From assembly GCA_965247095.1 (NCBI GenBank), contig OZ251997.1, positions 1,408,001 to 1,472,000 on the forward strand: 64,000 nt of DNA, written 5' to 3'. The notes under the pieces were generated by a model, which did not search any database, was not told the origin of the DNA, and worked only from the letters and a program-made list of their open reading frames with translations. Shown here piece after piece: positions 48,157 to 58,798 of this stretch (its first letter is position 1; each line of letters starts with the position of its first letter). Position numbers and translations under genes: made by a program. The stretch is from Candidatus Multivorans sp. GTDB taxonomy: Bacteria; Acidobacteriota; Thermoanaerobaculia; Multivoradales; Multivoraceae.

Positions 48157-49206
48157 CTATCGAAGCAGCGTGGCAGGCAACGGCGGGAAGCCGCCGGGCG
48201 CCCGCACAACCCCGGAGACCAGGGCCTGCTCGTCATCCCAGCGGTAGTCAAGCATGTGGATCCGCGGATCGATGGCTTCGTAGCGACCATCGCTCCGGCG
48301 GCGGAGGACGGCATAGTGCAGGTTCGGCGCCACGCTCCAGCCGGTCGCCCCGACCGTACCGATCCTCCGGCCCCTCTCGACACTCTGTCCAGCGCGGAAC
48401 TCGGTGGCTTCCAGGTGACCGAAGATGGTGATGAAGTCGTCGCCGTGACGGATCCCCAGCAGGCGGCCGTACCGTCTCCACGCAGGTCCCAGGGCGGCGC
48501 CGCGGCCGGCGAATGTCACCCGGCCGGCGGCGGTGGCCCGCACCGGCGCGCCGGCCGGCGCCGCGAGATCGATGCCGTAGTGAAACTCGGGCACCCTGGT
48601 CACCCGGTTCGTGGTTTCCCCGAAGGGGGCGACGAGAACGAAGTCGTCGCCGCGCAGCGGAGACGCGGACGGCGTCAACTCGACCAGGTCAGGCCGTGAG
48701 GACTCGACCTCGACCGCGGCCTCCAGCCGGTTTGCGAAATGCGTGGCGACGCCCTCTACATCTGCCTCGATCGCGGTTCGCACCGCCCGTACCTGCTCCT
48801 CGGAGATCGTCGCTCCCGGCGCGGCGACAAGATCGGCCGCCCGGCCGCAGCCCTCGGCAGCCGCCCCCTCCACGCCGTAGGCCAGCACGACCTTGCAGAG
48901 ACGGTCGTCGAGATCGGAAGCCGCCTCCCGCATCTCCCCGTAGCGTCCCGTGAGCGCCTCGAACCTCTCACCGAAGCGCTGGCGCGCCTCGAACAGCTCG
49001 ACCTGGTCGGCCCGGAACAGCTCGTCCCGCACCACGGTCGGCGCCGCCACGACGGCATTCACGAAGAAGGCGAACAAGACGACGGCTACCGCAACAACGA
49101 GCTGCAGCCACAACCTCGTCACCGTCAGGTAGCGCACCCTGCCCCGCGGGCCGTGGAACTGGATCTCCCCGAGTCGGGAGTCGCCGCTCAAGCGTCGGTC
49201 AGCCAT
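48157..49206 (-). CDS. M23 family metallopeptidase-like membrane protein
   Basis: N-terminal TM and coiled coil; HYGID, FGHL, GATGWS..PNLHY (first His of HxH replaced by Asn). Confidence 0.82.
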   Translation of the reverse strand: MADRRLSGDSRLGEIQFHGPRGRVRYLTVTRLWLQLVVAVAVVLFAFFVNAVVAAPTVVRDELFRADQVELFEARQRFGERFEALTGRYGEMREAASDLDDRLCKVVLAYGVEGAAAEGCGRAADLVAAPGATISEEQVRAVRTAIEADVEGVATHFANRLEAAVEVESSRPDLVELTPSASPLRGDDFVLVAPFGETTNRVTRVPEFHYGIDLAAPAGAPVRATAAGRVTFAGRGAALGPAWRRYGRLLGIRHGDDFITIFGHLEATEFRAGQSVERGRRIGTVGATGWSVAPNLHYAVLRRRSDGRYEAIDPRIHMLDYRWDDEQALVSGVVRAPGGFPPLPATLLR

Positions 49207-50692
49207 CGCATCCCGCCGCCCCGGCGCCGGCGATCCGGCCGAAGACGGCGCCCGCGGTCAGGCCGGAACCGCCGGGATAGTTGTCGTAGAACAGTCCCCC
49301 GACCAGCTCGCCGGCCGCGAACAGGCCCAGAATCGGTCGCCCGGTTCCGTCCAACACTCTGGCGATCGGGTCCACGGCCAGACCGCCGAACGTGAACGTG
49401 ATGCCGCAGGTCACGGCGAAGGCCTCGAAGGGAGGCTGCTCCAACGGATTGGCCCAATTCGACTTGTCCGGGTCGAGACCGCGGGTCGAGCGGCCGTCCC
49501 GGACGCTGGGGTCGAAGGGCACGTCCCGCCGTACCGCGGCGTTGAAGTCCCGCACCGTGCGGAGAAACCCCTCATTGTCGACGCCCTCGAGCCGGCCGGC
49601 GAGTTCCTCGACCGAGTCGGCCGTCACCCGGCTCGCATGCGGCTGGCGGTACTCGTCCCGCAGCAGGTCGGCGACCTGGGCGTCGAAGACCTGCCACGCG
49701 AACCGTCCCGGCTGCTCCAGCACCCTACGGCCGTAGCGGACGTAGGTGTAGTTCCGAAAGTCCGCGCCCTCGTCGAGGAAGCGTTCGCCGCCGGCGTTGA
49801 CGACAATGCCGAGCGGATAGCTGTGCTTCTGGTAGCGGTGCCGGACCTCGAGATTGCCGACCTCGGGCGCATTCAGGTCCCAGGCGACCGCGTGACAGCC
49901 CGTCCACTGCCCGCCGCGCGCCGCACCGGCTTCGAGCGCCATCCGAATGCCGTCGCCCGTGTTGTAGCGGCTACCGCGTACCTTGGCCGCTTCCCAACCC
50001 TCGCCCAGATGTTGCCGCCGCCACTCGCGGTTCGCCTCGAAACCGCCGCTTGCCAGCACCACGGCGTCCGCCGGCAGCGAACGGGCGCCCTCCGGCCCCT
50101 CGACCTCGACGCCGCAAACCGCCCCGCCGTCCACGACTAGCCCGACCGCACGGCACTCGTAGAGGATCCCGATGCCGGCCCGCTCCGCCGCCCGCCCGAG
50201 CGACGCGACCAGGCCGGGACCTCCGCCGCGCGCCTGCAGGGTCAAACCGCCCCAGAACCGGCGCTTGCCGTCGACCTCGAACGCCTGGCCCGCATACAGC
50301 GGCACGAACTCCACGCCCAGGTCACGCATCCAGCGCAGCGTCGGACGGCTTCGAGCGACCAGGGTTTCGACCAGACCCGGGTCGGCCCGACCGCCGCTCA
50401 TCCGCTCCAGATCACGGGCGAACTGAGGCTCCGGGTACGACCCGAAGTCGCTTGACCCGATCTCTTCGGCGCGAAGTCGGCCCGCCACCTCCTGCAGCTC
50501 GTCGAGGCCGCCGTATGCAAAGCGCATGGACGCCATCGTGAAGCGGCTGTTGCCGCCGTGCTCCTGGCGCGGCGCGCGTTCCAGCACCGTCACCGCCGCA
50601 CCGCTCTCCCGCGCCGAGAGCGCCGCGCACAGCGCCGCGTTGCCCGCGCCGACGACGACGACACGCCGCTTGACTGCTGCTCGGTCTTCCAT
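49199..50692 (-). CDS. tcuA: FAD-dependent tricarballylate dehydrogenase TcuA-like flavoprotein
   Basis: VVGAGNAALCAA, GGNSRF, ASGGFEAN, NTGDG, GCHAVAWD, GITFTFGG, NYPGGSGL. Confidence 0.82.
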   Translation of the reverse strand: MEDRAAVKRRVVVVGAGNAALCAALSARESGAAVTVLERAPRQEHGGNSRFTMASMRFAYGGLDELQEVAGRLRAEEIGSSDFGSYPEPQFARDLERMSGGRADPGLVETLVARSRPTLRWMRDLGVEFVPLYAGQAFEVDGKRRFWGGLTLQARGGGPGLVASLGRAAERAGIGILYECRAVGLVVDGGAVCGVEVEGPEGARSLPADAVVLASGGFEANREWRRQHLGEGWEAAKVRGSRYNTGDGIRMALEAGAARGGQWTGCHAVAWDLNAPEVGNLEVRHRYQKHSYPLGIVVNAGGERFLDEGADFRNYTYVRYGRRVLEQPGRFAWQVFDAQVADLLRDEYRQPHASRVTADSVEELAGRLEGVDNEGFLRTVRDFNAAVRRDVPFDPSVRDGRSTRGLDPDKSNWANPLEQPPFEAFAVTCGITFTFGGLAVDPIARVLDGTGRPILGLFAAGELVGGLFYDNYPGGSGLTAGAVFGRIAGAGAAGCDG

Positions 50693-50838
50693 GGTCTCTC
50701 GCGTCCGGCGCCGAAAGGCGCCGAAAGGTAGCGTAGCCGCCCGGAACTTCAGGGAGACCTTCAGCATGGACAACTCGAAGAGCAGCAACAACGTAGTCGG
50801 GTAAGGACTGCACCGCAGAATGCCCCGTCGCCGATCCG

Positions 50839-50864
50839 GGGAACCCGGGTGGCGCGATCCGCGC
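50839..50864 (-). repeat. Partial REP-like copy directly after the pyrC stop
   Basis: Minus strand cgcggatcgcgccacccgggttccc matches 36438-36462. Confidence 0.7.
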
Positions 50865-52153
50865 TACGGCAGCTCGATCACCCGGCCGCCGACGATCGTG
50901 CCGGCCGGAGCGCCCTTGAGCTTCCAGCCCGCGAACGGCGTGTTGCGCGACTTGCTGTGGAAGGCGACCGGGTCGACCTCGACTTCGCGGTCCAGGTCGA
51001 TCAGGGTGACATCGCCGGCGGCCCCGGGGGCAAGGCTGCCGCCCGGGATGCCGAGCAGGCGCGCGGGCGCGGTCGACAGCAGCTCGACCAGCCGGGGCAG
51101 ATCGATCACACCCTTCCCCACCAGGCGGTCCAGGCACAGACTGAGCGTCGTCTCAAGCCCCACCACCCCGTTCGGCGCGGCCACGAAGTCGAGCTCCTTC
51201 TCGTCCGGGTGATGGGGCGCGTGGTCGCTGGCGATCGCGTCGATTGAGCCGTCGACGATGCCAGAGACCAGGGCGTCCCGGTCGGCCGCGCTGCGCAGCG
51301 GCGGGTGCATCTTGAAGTCCGGATCGAGGCCCGAGTCGTACACGTCCTCGTCGCACAGCAGCAGGTGATGGGCCGAGACCTCGACCGTGACACGGTAGCC
51401 GCCCGCCTTCGCGCCCCGGATGAGCTCCAGACTGCGGGCGGTCGACATGTGCGCCAGGTGGTAGCGGCCACCGGTGTCGGCGGTCAGCACGAGGTCGCGG
51501 CAGACCATCACGTCGTCGGCGGCGCCGGGAATCCCGGGGACGCCGAGCCGGGTCGAGAACCGGCCTTCGTGCATCACCCCGTCGCCCGAGAGTTCGAGCT
51601 CCTCCGCATGCTGGATCACCGGCAGGTCGAAGTGCCGGGCGTAGCGCAGCGCGTGCCGCATGAGAGCCGCGTTCCATACCGGGCGCCCGTCGTCCGACAG
51701 CGCCACCGCGCCGGCGCGACGTTGGGCGCCGAACTCGGTCAGTTTCCGGCCCTCGAGCCCCTTGCTCACCGCGGCGATCGGATGGACCCGGGCCCAGCCG
51801 GCCCGCTTCGCCTGGGTGAGGATGAACTCGGTGACCGACGGATCGTCGTTCACCGGGGCCGTGTTCGGCATGCAGGCGACCGCGGTGAAGCCGCCCGCGG
51901 CGGCCGCCCGCGTGCCGCTCTCGATCGTCTCCTTGTACTCCTGCCCCGGCTCCCGCAGGTGGACGTGCATGTCGACGAGCCCCGGCGTCACCACCAACCC
52001 GGTGGCGTCGACTTCCCGCGCTCCGTCCGGCGTCGCGAGCGCCGGTCCGCACGCCGTGACCACGCCGTCCTCGATCAGGACGTCGGCCCGGCCGTCGAGT
52101 TCCTGGCTCGGGTCGACGACCCGGCCGCCGCGAATCAGCAGGACTCCGGTCAA
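50864..52153 (-). CDS. pyrC: Dihydroorotase
   Basis: [47 protein letters not shown]. Confidence 0.95.
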   Translation of the reverse strand: MTGVLLIRGGRVVDPSQELDGRADVLIEDGVVTACGPALATPDGAREVDATGLVVTPGLVDMHVHLREPGQEYKETIESGTRAAAAGGFTAVACMPNTAPVNDDPSVTEFILTQAKRAGWARVHPIAAVSKGLEGRKLTEFGAQRRAGAVALSDDGRPVWNAALMRHALRYARHFDLPVIQHAEELELSGDGVMHEGRFSTRLGVPGIPGAADDVMVCRDLVLTADTGGRYHLAHMSTARSLELIRGAKAGGYRVTVEVSAHHLLLCDEDVYDSGLDPDFKMHPPLRSAADRDALVSGIVDGSIDAIASDHAPHHPDEKELDFVAAPNGVVGLETTLSLCLDRLVGKGVIDLPRLVELLSTAPARLLGIPGGSLAPGAAGDVTLIDLDREVEVDPVAFHSKSRNTPFAGWKLKGAPAGTIVGGRVIELP

Positions 52154-53103
52154 ACCGCCGTACCGTCCGCGCTGGCCTTGGCCCCGGCCAGCAGATAGAG
52201 CACCGCCATCCGCACCGCGACGCCGTTCGCCACCTGCTCGAGGATCACGGACCAGGGGCCGTCCGCCACCTCGCTCGCGATCTCGATGCCGCGGTTCATC
52301 GGCCCCGGGTGCATGATGATCACGTCGTCCTTCGCGGCTTGCAGCCGGTCCGCGGTAAGACCGAAGAACTCGAAGTACTCGCGCTCGGAGGGGAAGGAGG
52401 CGCGCGCCTGCCGCTCCAACTGCACGCGCAGCATCATGATCACGTCCGCGCCACAGGCAGCCTCCTCCAGGGAGTAGGCAACCCGCGCGCCGAGCGCTTC
52501 AGGCGCCTCGGGCATCATCGTGCGCGGACCGGCGATCGTGACCTCGGCGCCCAGCTTGTTCAGGCAGAGGACGTTCGAACGCACGACACGGCTGTGCGCC
52601 ACGTCACCGACGATCGCCACCTTGAGGCCCTCCACCCTGCCCTTGTGGCGGCGGATGGTAAAGGCGTCGAGCAGCGCCTGGGTCGGATGCTCGTGGGCGC
52701 CGTCGCCGGCGTTGATGACCCCCGAACCGATGCGCTCCGCGAGACCGTGGGGCACCAGCGGGTGCGCGTGCCGGATGACGACCAGGTCGGGCGCCATGGC
52801 CTCCAGGTTGCGCACGGTATCTAGAAGCGATTCCCCCTTGGACAGCGACGAACCGGAGGTCGAGAAGTTGATGTTGTCGGCGGAGAGCCACTTCTCGGCG
52901 ATCTCGAAACTGGAGCGGGTGCGCGTCGAGGGCTCGAAGAAGAGGTTGATCACCGTCTTGCCGCGCAGCGTCGGCACCTTCTTGATCGGCCGCGCCGCGA
53001 CCTCGACGAACGACTCCGCGGTGTCGAGAACGTGAACGATCTCCGCTGTGGACAACTCGGCGACCCCAAGCAGGTCGCCTCGCTGCCACCTGAGGTCGCT
53101 CAC
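52150..53103 (-). CDS. pyrB: Aspartate carbamoyltransferase catalytic subunit
   Basis: [36 protein letters not shown]. Confidence 0.97.
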   Translation of the reverse strand: MSDLRWQRGDLLGVAELSTAEIVHVLDTAESFVEVAARPIKKVPTLRGKTVINLFFEPSTRTRSSFEIAEKWLSADNINFSTSGSSLSKGESLLDTVRNLEAMAPDLVVIRHAHPLVPHGLAERIGSGVINAGDGAHEHPTQALLDAFTIRRHKGRVEGLKVAIVGDVAHSRVVRSNVLCLNKLGAEVTIAGPRTMMPEAPEALGARVAYSLEEAACGADVIMMLRVQLERQARASFPSEREYFEFFGLTADRLQAAKDDVIIMHPGPMNRGIEIASEVADGPWSVILEQVANGVAVRMAVLYLLAGAKASADGTAV

Positions 53104-53654
53104 GGTTCGCGCTCGAGGAGCTGGACCATCTCCTTGCCGTCGTCGGTCGCGGCGTAGGAGACCTTGATCACTTCGGTGTCCGTCGTCTGGACGTTCTCAC
53201 CGACACAGTCGGCGTGAATCGGCAGCTCGCGGTGACCGCGGTCGATCAGCACGGCGAGCCGGATCGCCAGCGGCCGGCCATAGTCCATCAGCGCGTCCAT
53301 CGCCGCGCGGATCGTCCGGCCACTGTAGAGCACGTCGTCGCAGAGCACGACGATCTTGTCGTCGAGCGACACCGGCAGCACGCTCTCCTTGACCACCGGT
53401 TGCGGCGCGATCGTCGACAGGTCGTCCCGGTAGAGCGTGATGTCCAGCACGCCGACCGGCACCTCGACACCCTCGGTGCGGACGATCTCGGCAGCGACGA
53501 AATCCGCCAGCGGAACGCCCCGGGTGCGCACGCCGACCAGCATCAGCGCCTCCGTGCCCCCGGCGCGCTCGACGAGTTCGGCTGCCATCCGGCGCATCAT
53601 GCGCGCCATCTGGCGGGCGTCGAACAGCGTCCTCTTGACGGTCAGCTTGGCCAC
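53100..53654 (-). CDS. pyrR: PyrR regulator / uracil phosphoribosyltransferase
   Basis: [34 protein letters not shown]. Confidence 0.95.
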   Translation of the reverse strand: MAKLTVKRTLFDARQMARMMRRMAAELVERAGGTEALMLVGVRTRGVPLADFVAAEIVRTEGVEVPVGVLDITLYRDDLSTIAPQPVVKESVLPVSLDDKIVVLCDDVLYSGRTIRAAMDALMDYGRPLAIRLAVLIDRGHRELPIHADCVGENVQTTDTEVIKVSYAATDDGKEMVQLLEREP

Positions 53655-53807
53655 TGGCGCGGCAGCGTATCAGCCGGCCGGCTTCACTGCTACATGTTGT
53701 GGACGCAAGCCCGGACAGGCACAACGAGTTGTGACCTATGCGCGAAAGCTGCTAAGTTCCTCCAGGGCAGTCGATCCTCTTCCCTTCCGACCCTGCCGAC
53801 AGCGCCG

Positions 53808-56800
53808 ATGCTCAAACTGGAACGCCTCGAGGTTAACGGCTTCAAGACCTTCGTGGAGCCGGTCACAAGTCACTTCGCGCCCGGAATCACGGCGATCGTC
53901 GGGCCGAACGGCTGCGGCAAGAGCAACCTGGCCGAGGCGATCACCTGGGTGCTGGGCGAGCAGAGCGCCAAGTCGCTGCGCGGCAGCTCCATGGAGGAGA
54001 TCATCTTCAACGGCACCCGCCAGCGCAAGCCCTCAGGACTCGCCGAGGTCAGCCTCTCCTTTCTCACCGACGGCAGCATCGAGCAGGCCGAGGACGGCCG
54101 GATCACGATCGGGCGCCGCATCTTCCGCGGCGGCGAGGGCCAGTACCGGTTGAACGACCGGGTTGTCCGGCTCAAGGACATTCGCGACATCCTGATGGAC
54201 ACGGGTCTGGGTATCCGCGCCTACTCCGTGATCGAGCAGGGGGGGATCGGAATGATCCTGTCCGGCAGACCGCAGGACCGTCGCAAGCTGATCGAAGAGG
54301 CGGCAGGCATCACCCGCTACAAGAACCGCAGGCGGCTCGCCGCACTGAAGCTCGAGGACGCCACCGCCGACCTGCTTCGTCTGGACGACATCGTCGCCGA
54401 GGTGGAACGCCAACTGCGCTCCCTGAAGCGGCAGGCGAACGCCGCCCGCCGCCACGGGGAACGCCGGCAGGCCTACCGCGAGCTGCTCGACGCCGTGCTC
54501 AAGGAGCGCTGGGTCCTGCTCCATGCAGACCTGGACGATCTGGCCTCGACCCTGAAGCAGGACACCGACCGCGAAGCCGATCTGCTGGCCGAACTCGCGC
54601 GCGCCAATGCGCAGCTCGCCGCCTGCCGGCAGGTGATCGACGCCCGCACCGAGGACGCCGTGCGCTCCCACGAGCACCAGGCGAATCTGCTCGCCGTGAT
54701 CGAGGGTCGCCAGGAACTGATCAAGGGCGCCCGCACCACCCTCGCGGAGATCGCCGAACGGCTCGAATCCGGCGGCGTGAGCGCTGAGCGGCGCCGCCGC
54801 GACCTCGCCGCGGCCGAAGAGCGGCTTGCCAGTCTCCTCGGCCGGCGCCAGATGCTCCAATCCAAGCGCGAGCAGGCCCTGGCCGACGTGCAGGAGGACC
54901 GCCGGCGCATCGGCAACGCCGACGCCGCGATTGCGGAAGCCCGCAAGCGCCAGCGCCTGCTCCTTGGCGAGCTCGCCACCTGCCGGGCGCGGCAGGGCGA
55001 ACTGCGCGGAACACTGATCGCCGAGCGCATCCGTAGCGAGAAGGCCGTCGACCGCCGCGATCGCGCCGAAGCGATCCTCGACCGCTGCCGGGATGCGCTC
55101 AAGGCCATCGATGTCGAAGTCGAGGCCGTCCGAACCAAGATCGAATCCCTGGAAGTCGCCCTGACCGCCGAGACCAGGACCGCCCAACGGGTGGCGGCCG
55201 ATCTCGAAGCGAACCGAAGTCGGCGACAGGAGGCCCAAGTCGAACTCGAAACCTGTCGCGAGGAACTGGTCGAGGCGCAGAAGAGGGCTGCCGTGCTCGG
55301 TGAACTGGGCCAGCGCGACGCCGAAGAAAGGGGCGAGATTCGCCAGGCTCTACTCGAACTGGGTCTTCCGGCGCCGCGCTTCCTGGGCGATGAAGTGACG
55401 GTGCCCGAGGGCTGGGAGCACAGCCTCGATTTGTTCCTCGGCCCGCTGCGCAACGCCGTCATGACACCCGACGACGAAGACGCCCTGGCCATCGCACGCT
55501 CCATCGGCGGTTCCGACTTCGAGGCCACTCTGCTGCGCGCCGGCAAGGGCGCGAAGCTGCTGCCGGTGGTCGAAGATCCGGCAATCGTCGGCGACCTCGC
55601 CGCGGCGCTCGGGCGCCCCGAGGAATCTCGCAGCGCCCTTCCTCCCGCCTACCTGGTCGAGAGTCCGGAGGATGCCGAGCGTCTGGCGCCCGACCATCCA
55701 GGCGTGGCCTTCCTGTGCCGGGACCGTCTCTGGATCGAGGCCGGCCGCGTCACGGTACGCGGCGAACAGGCGGCGCTGGGCGCCCTGGGCCGCCAGCGCG
55801 AGATGGACGAGCTGGGACGCTCTATCGCCGAACTGGAACAACAGCGTTCGGCCCTCACCAAGGAGATCGAAGCGGCCGGCGAGCGTGTTCGCCAGGCCGC
55901 CGCCGAGGGCCAGCGTCTGGAGCGGGCAGGCGCGGAACTTCGCCAGCAACTGGCGGTGGCCAAGGCCCGTCTCCAGGACATCGGCGAGCGACGTGCCGCT
56001 CTGCATCACGACCACAGAGCGGCGCAGTCAGAGCACGACGAGCTGGAGAGCGAAATCAAGACGAGAGGGGCAAGGCGGTCCAAGGTCGAGACGGACATCG
56101 CGGACTCCGACACCCGGCTTGCGACCCTGGAACAAGCGGCCGACGACGCAAGCGCCGCGGTCGAGCGCGCCCGCGAGGAGCGCGAAGAGCGCATCACCGC
56201 GGGCGCCGGGCGCCAGGGGCAGCTCGACCTGATCGAAGAACGCGCGGCCTCGGAACGGAGCGAGCGGGAGCGCGTCGAAGGCCAGATCGCCTCGCTGCGG
56301 GAGGCCGACGCAGCCTGGGCCGCCGAAACGGACCGGCTGCGCGGGCGGATCAGCGAGCATGAAGCGGCCACGGCTACCGCCCGGCGCGAGCTGGACGAGG
56401 CGCTCGCCGAGCGCACGAATGCCCAGGACGAAGCCGCCGGCGCCCAGCGCGCCCTCGACAACGAACGGGAACGGGGCCGGACGCTCGAGGCGCAACTCCG
56501 GGAACTCAACGTGCGCCGCGACGAACTGCGCGGCCGGATCGAGGAACTGCGCGTGCGCCAGGCCGGCCAGCAACAGGAGTCGGAGCATCTGGGCCAGGAC
56601 TACCACCAGGAGTTCGGGCGCGAGCTGGTCGGGCAGGAGTTCCGGGCAGCCGGGGCCGACGAGGCGCCCGACCTGGAAGCGATGACCGGGGAACTGGAAC
56701 GCCGGCGCGCTCTGCTGGAGCGGATGGGGCCGGTCAACGTTCTCGCCGCCGACGAGTACGACGAGCACCAGGAGCGTCACGAGTTCCTGACCGGGCAGCG

Positions 56801-57350
56801 CAACGACGTCACCGAGTCCATCGAAAGCCTGAAGCGCACGATCCGCGACATCGACAAGACCTCTTCCGAGCGCTTCGTTACCACCTTCCGCGAGGTCAAC
56901 GAGAGCTTCGGCCACATCTTCACGGAGCTGTTCCGCGGCGGCGAAGCGGAGATGCGCCTGATGGACGAGGACGACCCGCTGGACTGCGGCATCGAGATCA
57001 CCGCCAGGCCACCCGGCAAGCGGGCGCAGAACATCATGCTGCTGTCGGGCGGCGAGAAGGCGCTGGCCGCGATCGCTCTGCTGTTCGCCCTGTTCCAGAC
57101 CAAGCCTTCGCCCTTCTGCATCCTCGACGAAGTCGACGCGCCGCTCGACGACGCGAACATCCTGCGCTTCGTCGACATGCTGAAGCGGATGTCGGCGGAC
57201 ACCCAGTTCCTCGTCATCACCCACAACAAGCTGACGATGCAGGCCGCGAGCACGCTCTACGGCGTCACGATGGAGGAACAGGGCGTGTCGAAGATCGTCG
57301 GCGTCGATGTCGACGAGATGCACCCGGAGCAGCAGTTGGCGACCGCCTGA
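53808..57350 (+). CDS. smc: Chromosome partition protein SMC
   Basis: GFKTF, GPNGCGKSN, Q-loop IEQG, long coiled coils and hinge, GPVN, LSGGEK, LDEVDAPLD, ITH; start at ATG 53808. Confidence 0.95.
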   Translation: MLKLERLEVNGFKTFVEPVTSHFAPGITAIVGPNGCGKSNLAEAITWVLGEQSAKSLRGSSMEEIIFNGTRQRKPSGLAEVSLSFLTDGSIEQAEDGRITIGRRIFRGGEGQYRLNDRVVRLKDIRDILMDTGLGIRAYSVIEQGGIGMILSGRPQDRRKLIEEAAGITRYKNRRRLAALKLEDATADLLRLDDIVAEVERQLRSLKRQANAARRHGERRQAYRELLDAVLKERWVLLHADLDDLASTLKQDTDREADLLAELARANAQLAACRQVIDARTEDAVRSHEHQANLLAVIEGRQELIKGARTTLAEIAERLESGGVSAERRRRDLAAAEERLASLLGRRQMLQSKREQALADVQEDRRRIGNADAAIAEARKRQRLLLGELATCRARQGELRGTLIAERIRSEKAVDRRDRAEAILDRCRDALKAIDVEVEAVRTKIESLEVALTAETRTAQRVAADLEANRSRRQEAQVELETCREELVEAQKRAAVLGELGQRDAEERGEIRQALLELGLPAPRFLGDEVTVPEGWEHSLDLFLGPLRNAVMTPDDEDALAIARSIGGSDFEATLLRAGKGAKLLPVVEDPAIVGDLAAALGRPEESRSALPPAYLVESPEDAERLAPDHPGVAFLCRDRLWIEAGRVTVRGEQAALGALGRQREMDELGRSIAELEQQRSALTKEIEAAGERVRQAAAEGQRLERAGAELRQQLAVAKARLQDIGERRAALHHDHRAAQSEHDELESEIKTRGARRSKVETDIADSDTRLATLEQAADDASAAVERAREEREERITAGAGRQGQLDLIEERAASERSERERVEGQIASLREADAAWAAETDRLRGRISEHEAATATARRELDEALAERTNAQDEAAGAQRALDNERERGRTLEAQLRELNVRRDELRGRIEELRVRQAGQQQESEHLGQDYHQEFGRELVGQEFRAAGADEAPDLEAMTGELERRRALLERMGPVNVLAADEYDEHQERHEFLTGQRNDVTESIESLKRTIRDIDKTSSERFVTTFREVNESFGHIFTELFRGGEAEMRLMDEDDPLDCGIEITARPPGKRAQNIMLLSGGEKALAAIALLFALFQTKPSPFCILDEVDAPLDDANILRFVDMLKRMSADTQFLVITHNKLTMQAASTLYGVTMEEQGVSKIVGVDVDEMHPEQQLATA

Positions 57351-57374
57351 ACGGCAGACTGTTAGGCTGACGCC

Positions 57375-58679
57375 ATGAAGCGCTCAGCCCTGCCCGCCGC
57401 GGTCCTTTTCGCTTCTTTCGCCGGGCCGGCCGCCGCGGCCGACCGCGACGCGCCGACCTTCTACGCCGACGTGCTGCCGCTGCTCCAGGTGCATTGCCAG
57501 GACTGCCACCGGCCGGCGGGCGCGAACTATGGCGGCATGCGCGCGCCGATGGCGCTGACCAGCTACGCCGACGTGCGCCCCTGGGCCAAATCGATCGCCC
57601 GCACCGTGGCCGCCCGTGAAATGCCGCCGTGGGACGCGCATCCCCAGCACGACGGGACCTTCGCCAACGAGCGCGTGCTCAGCGCGGCCGAGATCGAGAC
57701 CCTGGTGAGCTGGGCCGCGACCGCCGCCGCCGCCGGCAACGCCGCCGACGCCCCGCCCCCGCGCGAGTTCCCCAGCTTTGGGGGATGGGTCGTGGGCGAG
57801 CCCGACCTGGTGGTGACCATGCCCGAGCCCTACTTCGTCGAGGACACAGTCGGCGACCTCTACGCCGCCTTCTCCTACGTCCTCACCGAGGAGGATCTGC
57901 CGGGGGATCGCTGGGTCGTCGCCTTCCAGTGCAAGCCGGACAGCGACATCATCCACCACTTCAACCTCCACCTCCTGGAACCAAACGAGAACGGCGAGCT
58001 GCCGCCGCCGCCGGAGTTCCCGAACCAGGATCAGATCGCCCCGTCGCCGGAGAACGCCGGCAACTACATGGGCGGCGTCTCCTCCGGCAGCGACGCGAAC
58101 CGCTATCCGGAGGGCTACGGCTTCCTGCTCAAGAAGGGTTCCCGGGTGACCTTCGACATCCACTACCACAAGGAAGCCGGCGACGGCACCGGCGTGTGGG
58201 ACCAGTCGTCGATCGGCTTCGTCTTCGCCGACAAGCCGGTGACCCGGTCGCTGGGCTCTGGGCTCCGCCCGATCATGAACTTCACCTTCGCGATTCCGCC
58301 GAACGACGGCAACCACCAGGTCGGCCCCTACTCCACCGTGGCCCAGAAGGACACGGACATCATCGCCCTGATGCCGCACATGCACATGCGCGGCAAAGCG
58401 GCCCGTTTCGAGGCCTTCTACCCCGACGGCGCCACCGAGGTGCTGCTGGACGTGCCCCAGTTCGACTTCTCGTGGCAGACGGTCTACTACTACGACCAGT
58501 TGAAACGGATCCCCGAGGGCACCCGGGTCGAGTACACGGCCTGGTACGACAACTCGGCCGAGAAGGCCCAGCGCTACGGCTTCAACTCGGACCGTACGGT
58601 CCGCTTCGGCCAGCCGTCGACGGACGAGATGATGATGGGCTTCATGATGAGCGCGGCCACGCCGGAGAACGAGCCGTAA
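57375..58679 (+). CDS. Secreted copper type II (PHM/DBH-like) monooxygenase with N-terminal heme c
   Basis: Signal peptide, CQDCH, MPPW; HH (IIHHF), IHYH, PHMH, FDFSWQ, DEMM copper ligands. Confidence 0.78.
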   Translation: MKRSALPAAVLFASFAGPAAAADRDAPTFYADVLPLLQVHCQDCHRPAGANYGGMRAPMALTSYADVRPWAKSIARTVAAREMPPWDAHPQHDGTFANERVLSAAEIETLVSWAATAAAAGNAADAPPPREFPSFGGWVVGEPDLVVTMPEPYFVEDTVGDLYAAFSYVLTEEDLPGDRWVVAFQCKPDSDIIHHFNLHLLEPNENGELPPPPEFPNQDQIAPSPENAGNYMGGVSSGSDANRYPEGYGFLLKKGSRVTFDIHYHKEAGDGTGVWDQSSIGFVFADKPVTRSLGSGLRPIMNFTFAIPPNDGNHQVGPYSTVAQKDTDIIALMPHMHMRGKAARFEAFYPDGATEVLLDVPQFDFSWQTVYYYDQLKRIPEGTRVEYTAWYDNSAEKAQRYGFNSDRTVRFGQPSTDEMMMGFMMSAATPENEP

Positions 58680-58691
58680 CCGCGGGTCTGC

Positions 58692-58757
58692 CATCCGTGC
58701 GCCCGATGACGGGCGCACGGACTGGTTCACGGGTGGCGCGGATCGCGCCACCCGGGT
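58692..58757. repeat. REP-like double hairpin between convergent genes
   Basis: Near-identical to 36393-36459. Confidence 0.85.
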
Positions 58758-58798
58758 GTCATCCGCTGATAACAGCGCGCCGCGGAGCGGCGACCGCT

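Noticed and set aside
50735-50830. Possible small gene remnant between pyrC and tcuA
   Set aside because: Too short and no motif I can assign with confidence.
53214-53807. 198-aa N-terminal extension of SMC in the ORF track
   Set aside because: It overlaps pyrR antisense; SMC homology starts at MLKLERLE (53808).
53655-53807. PyrR attenuator leader
   Set aside because: No recognisable PyrR-binding loop or terminator in this short divergent intergenic region.
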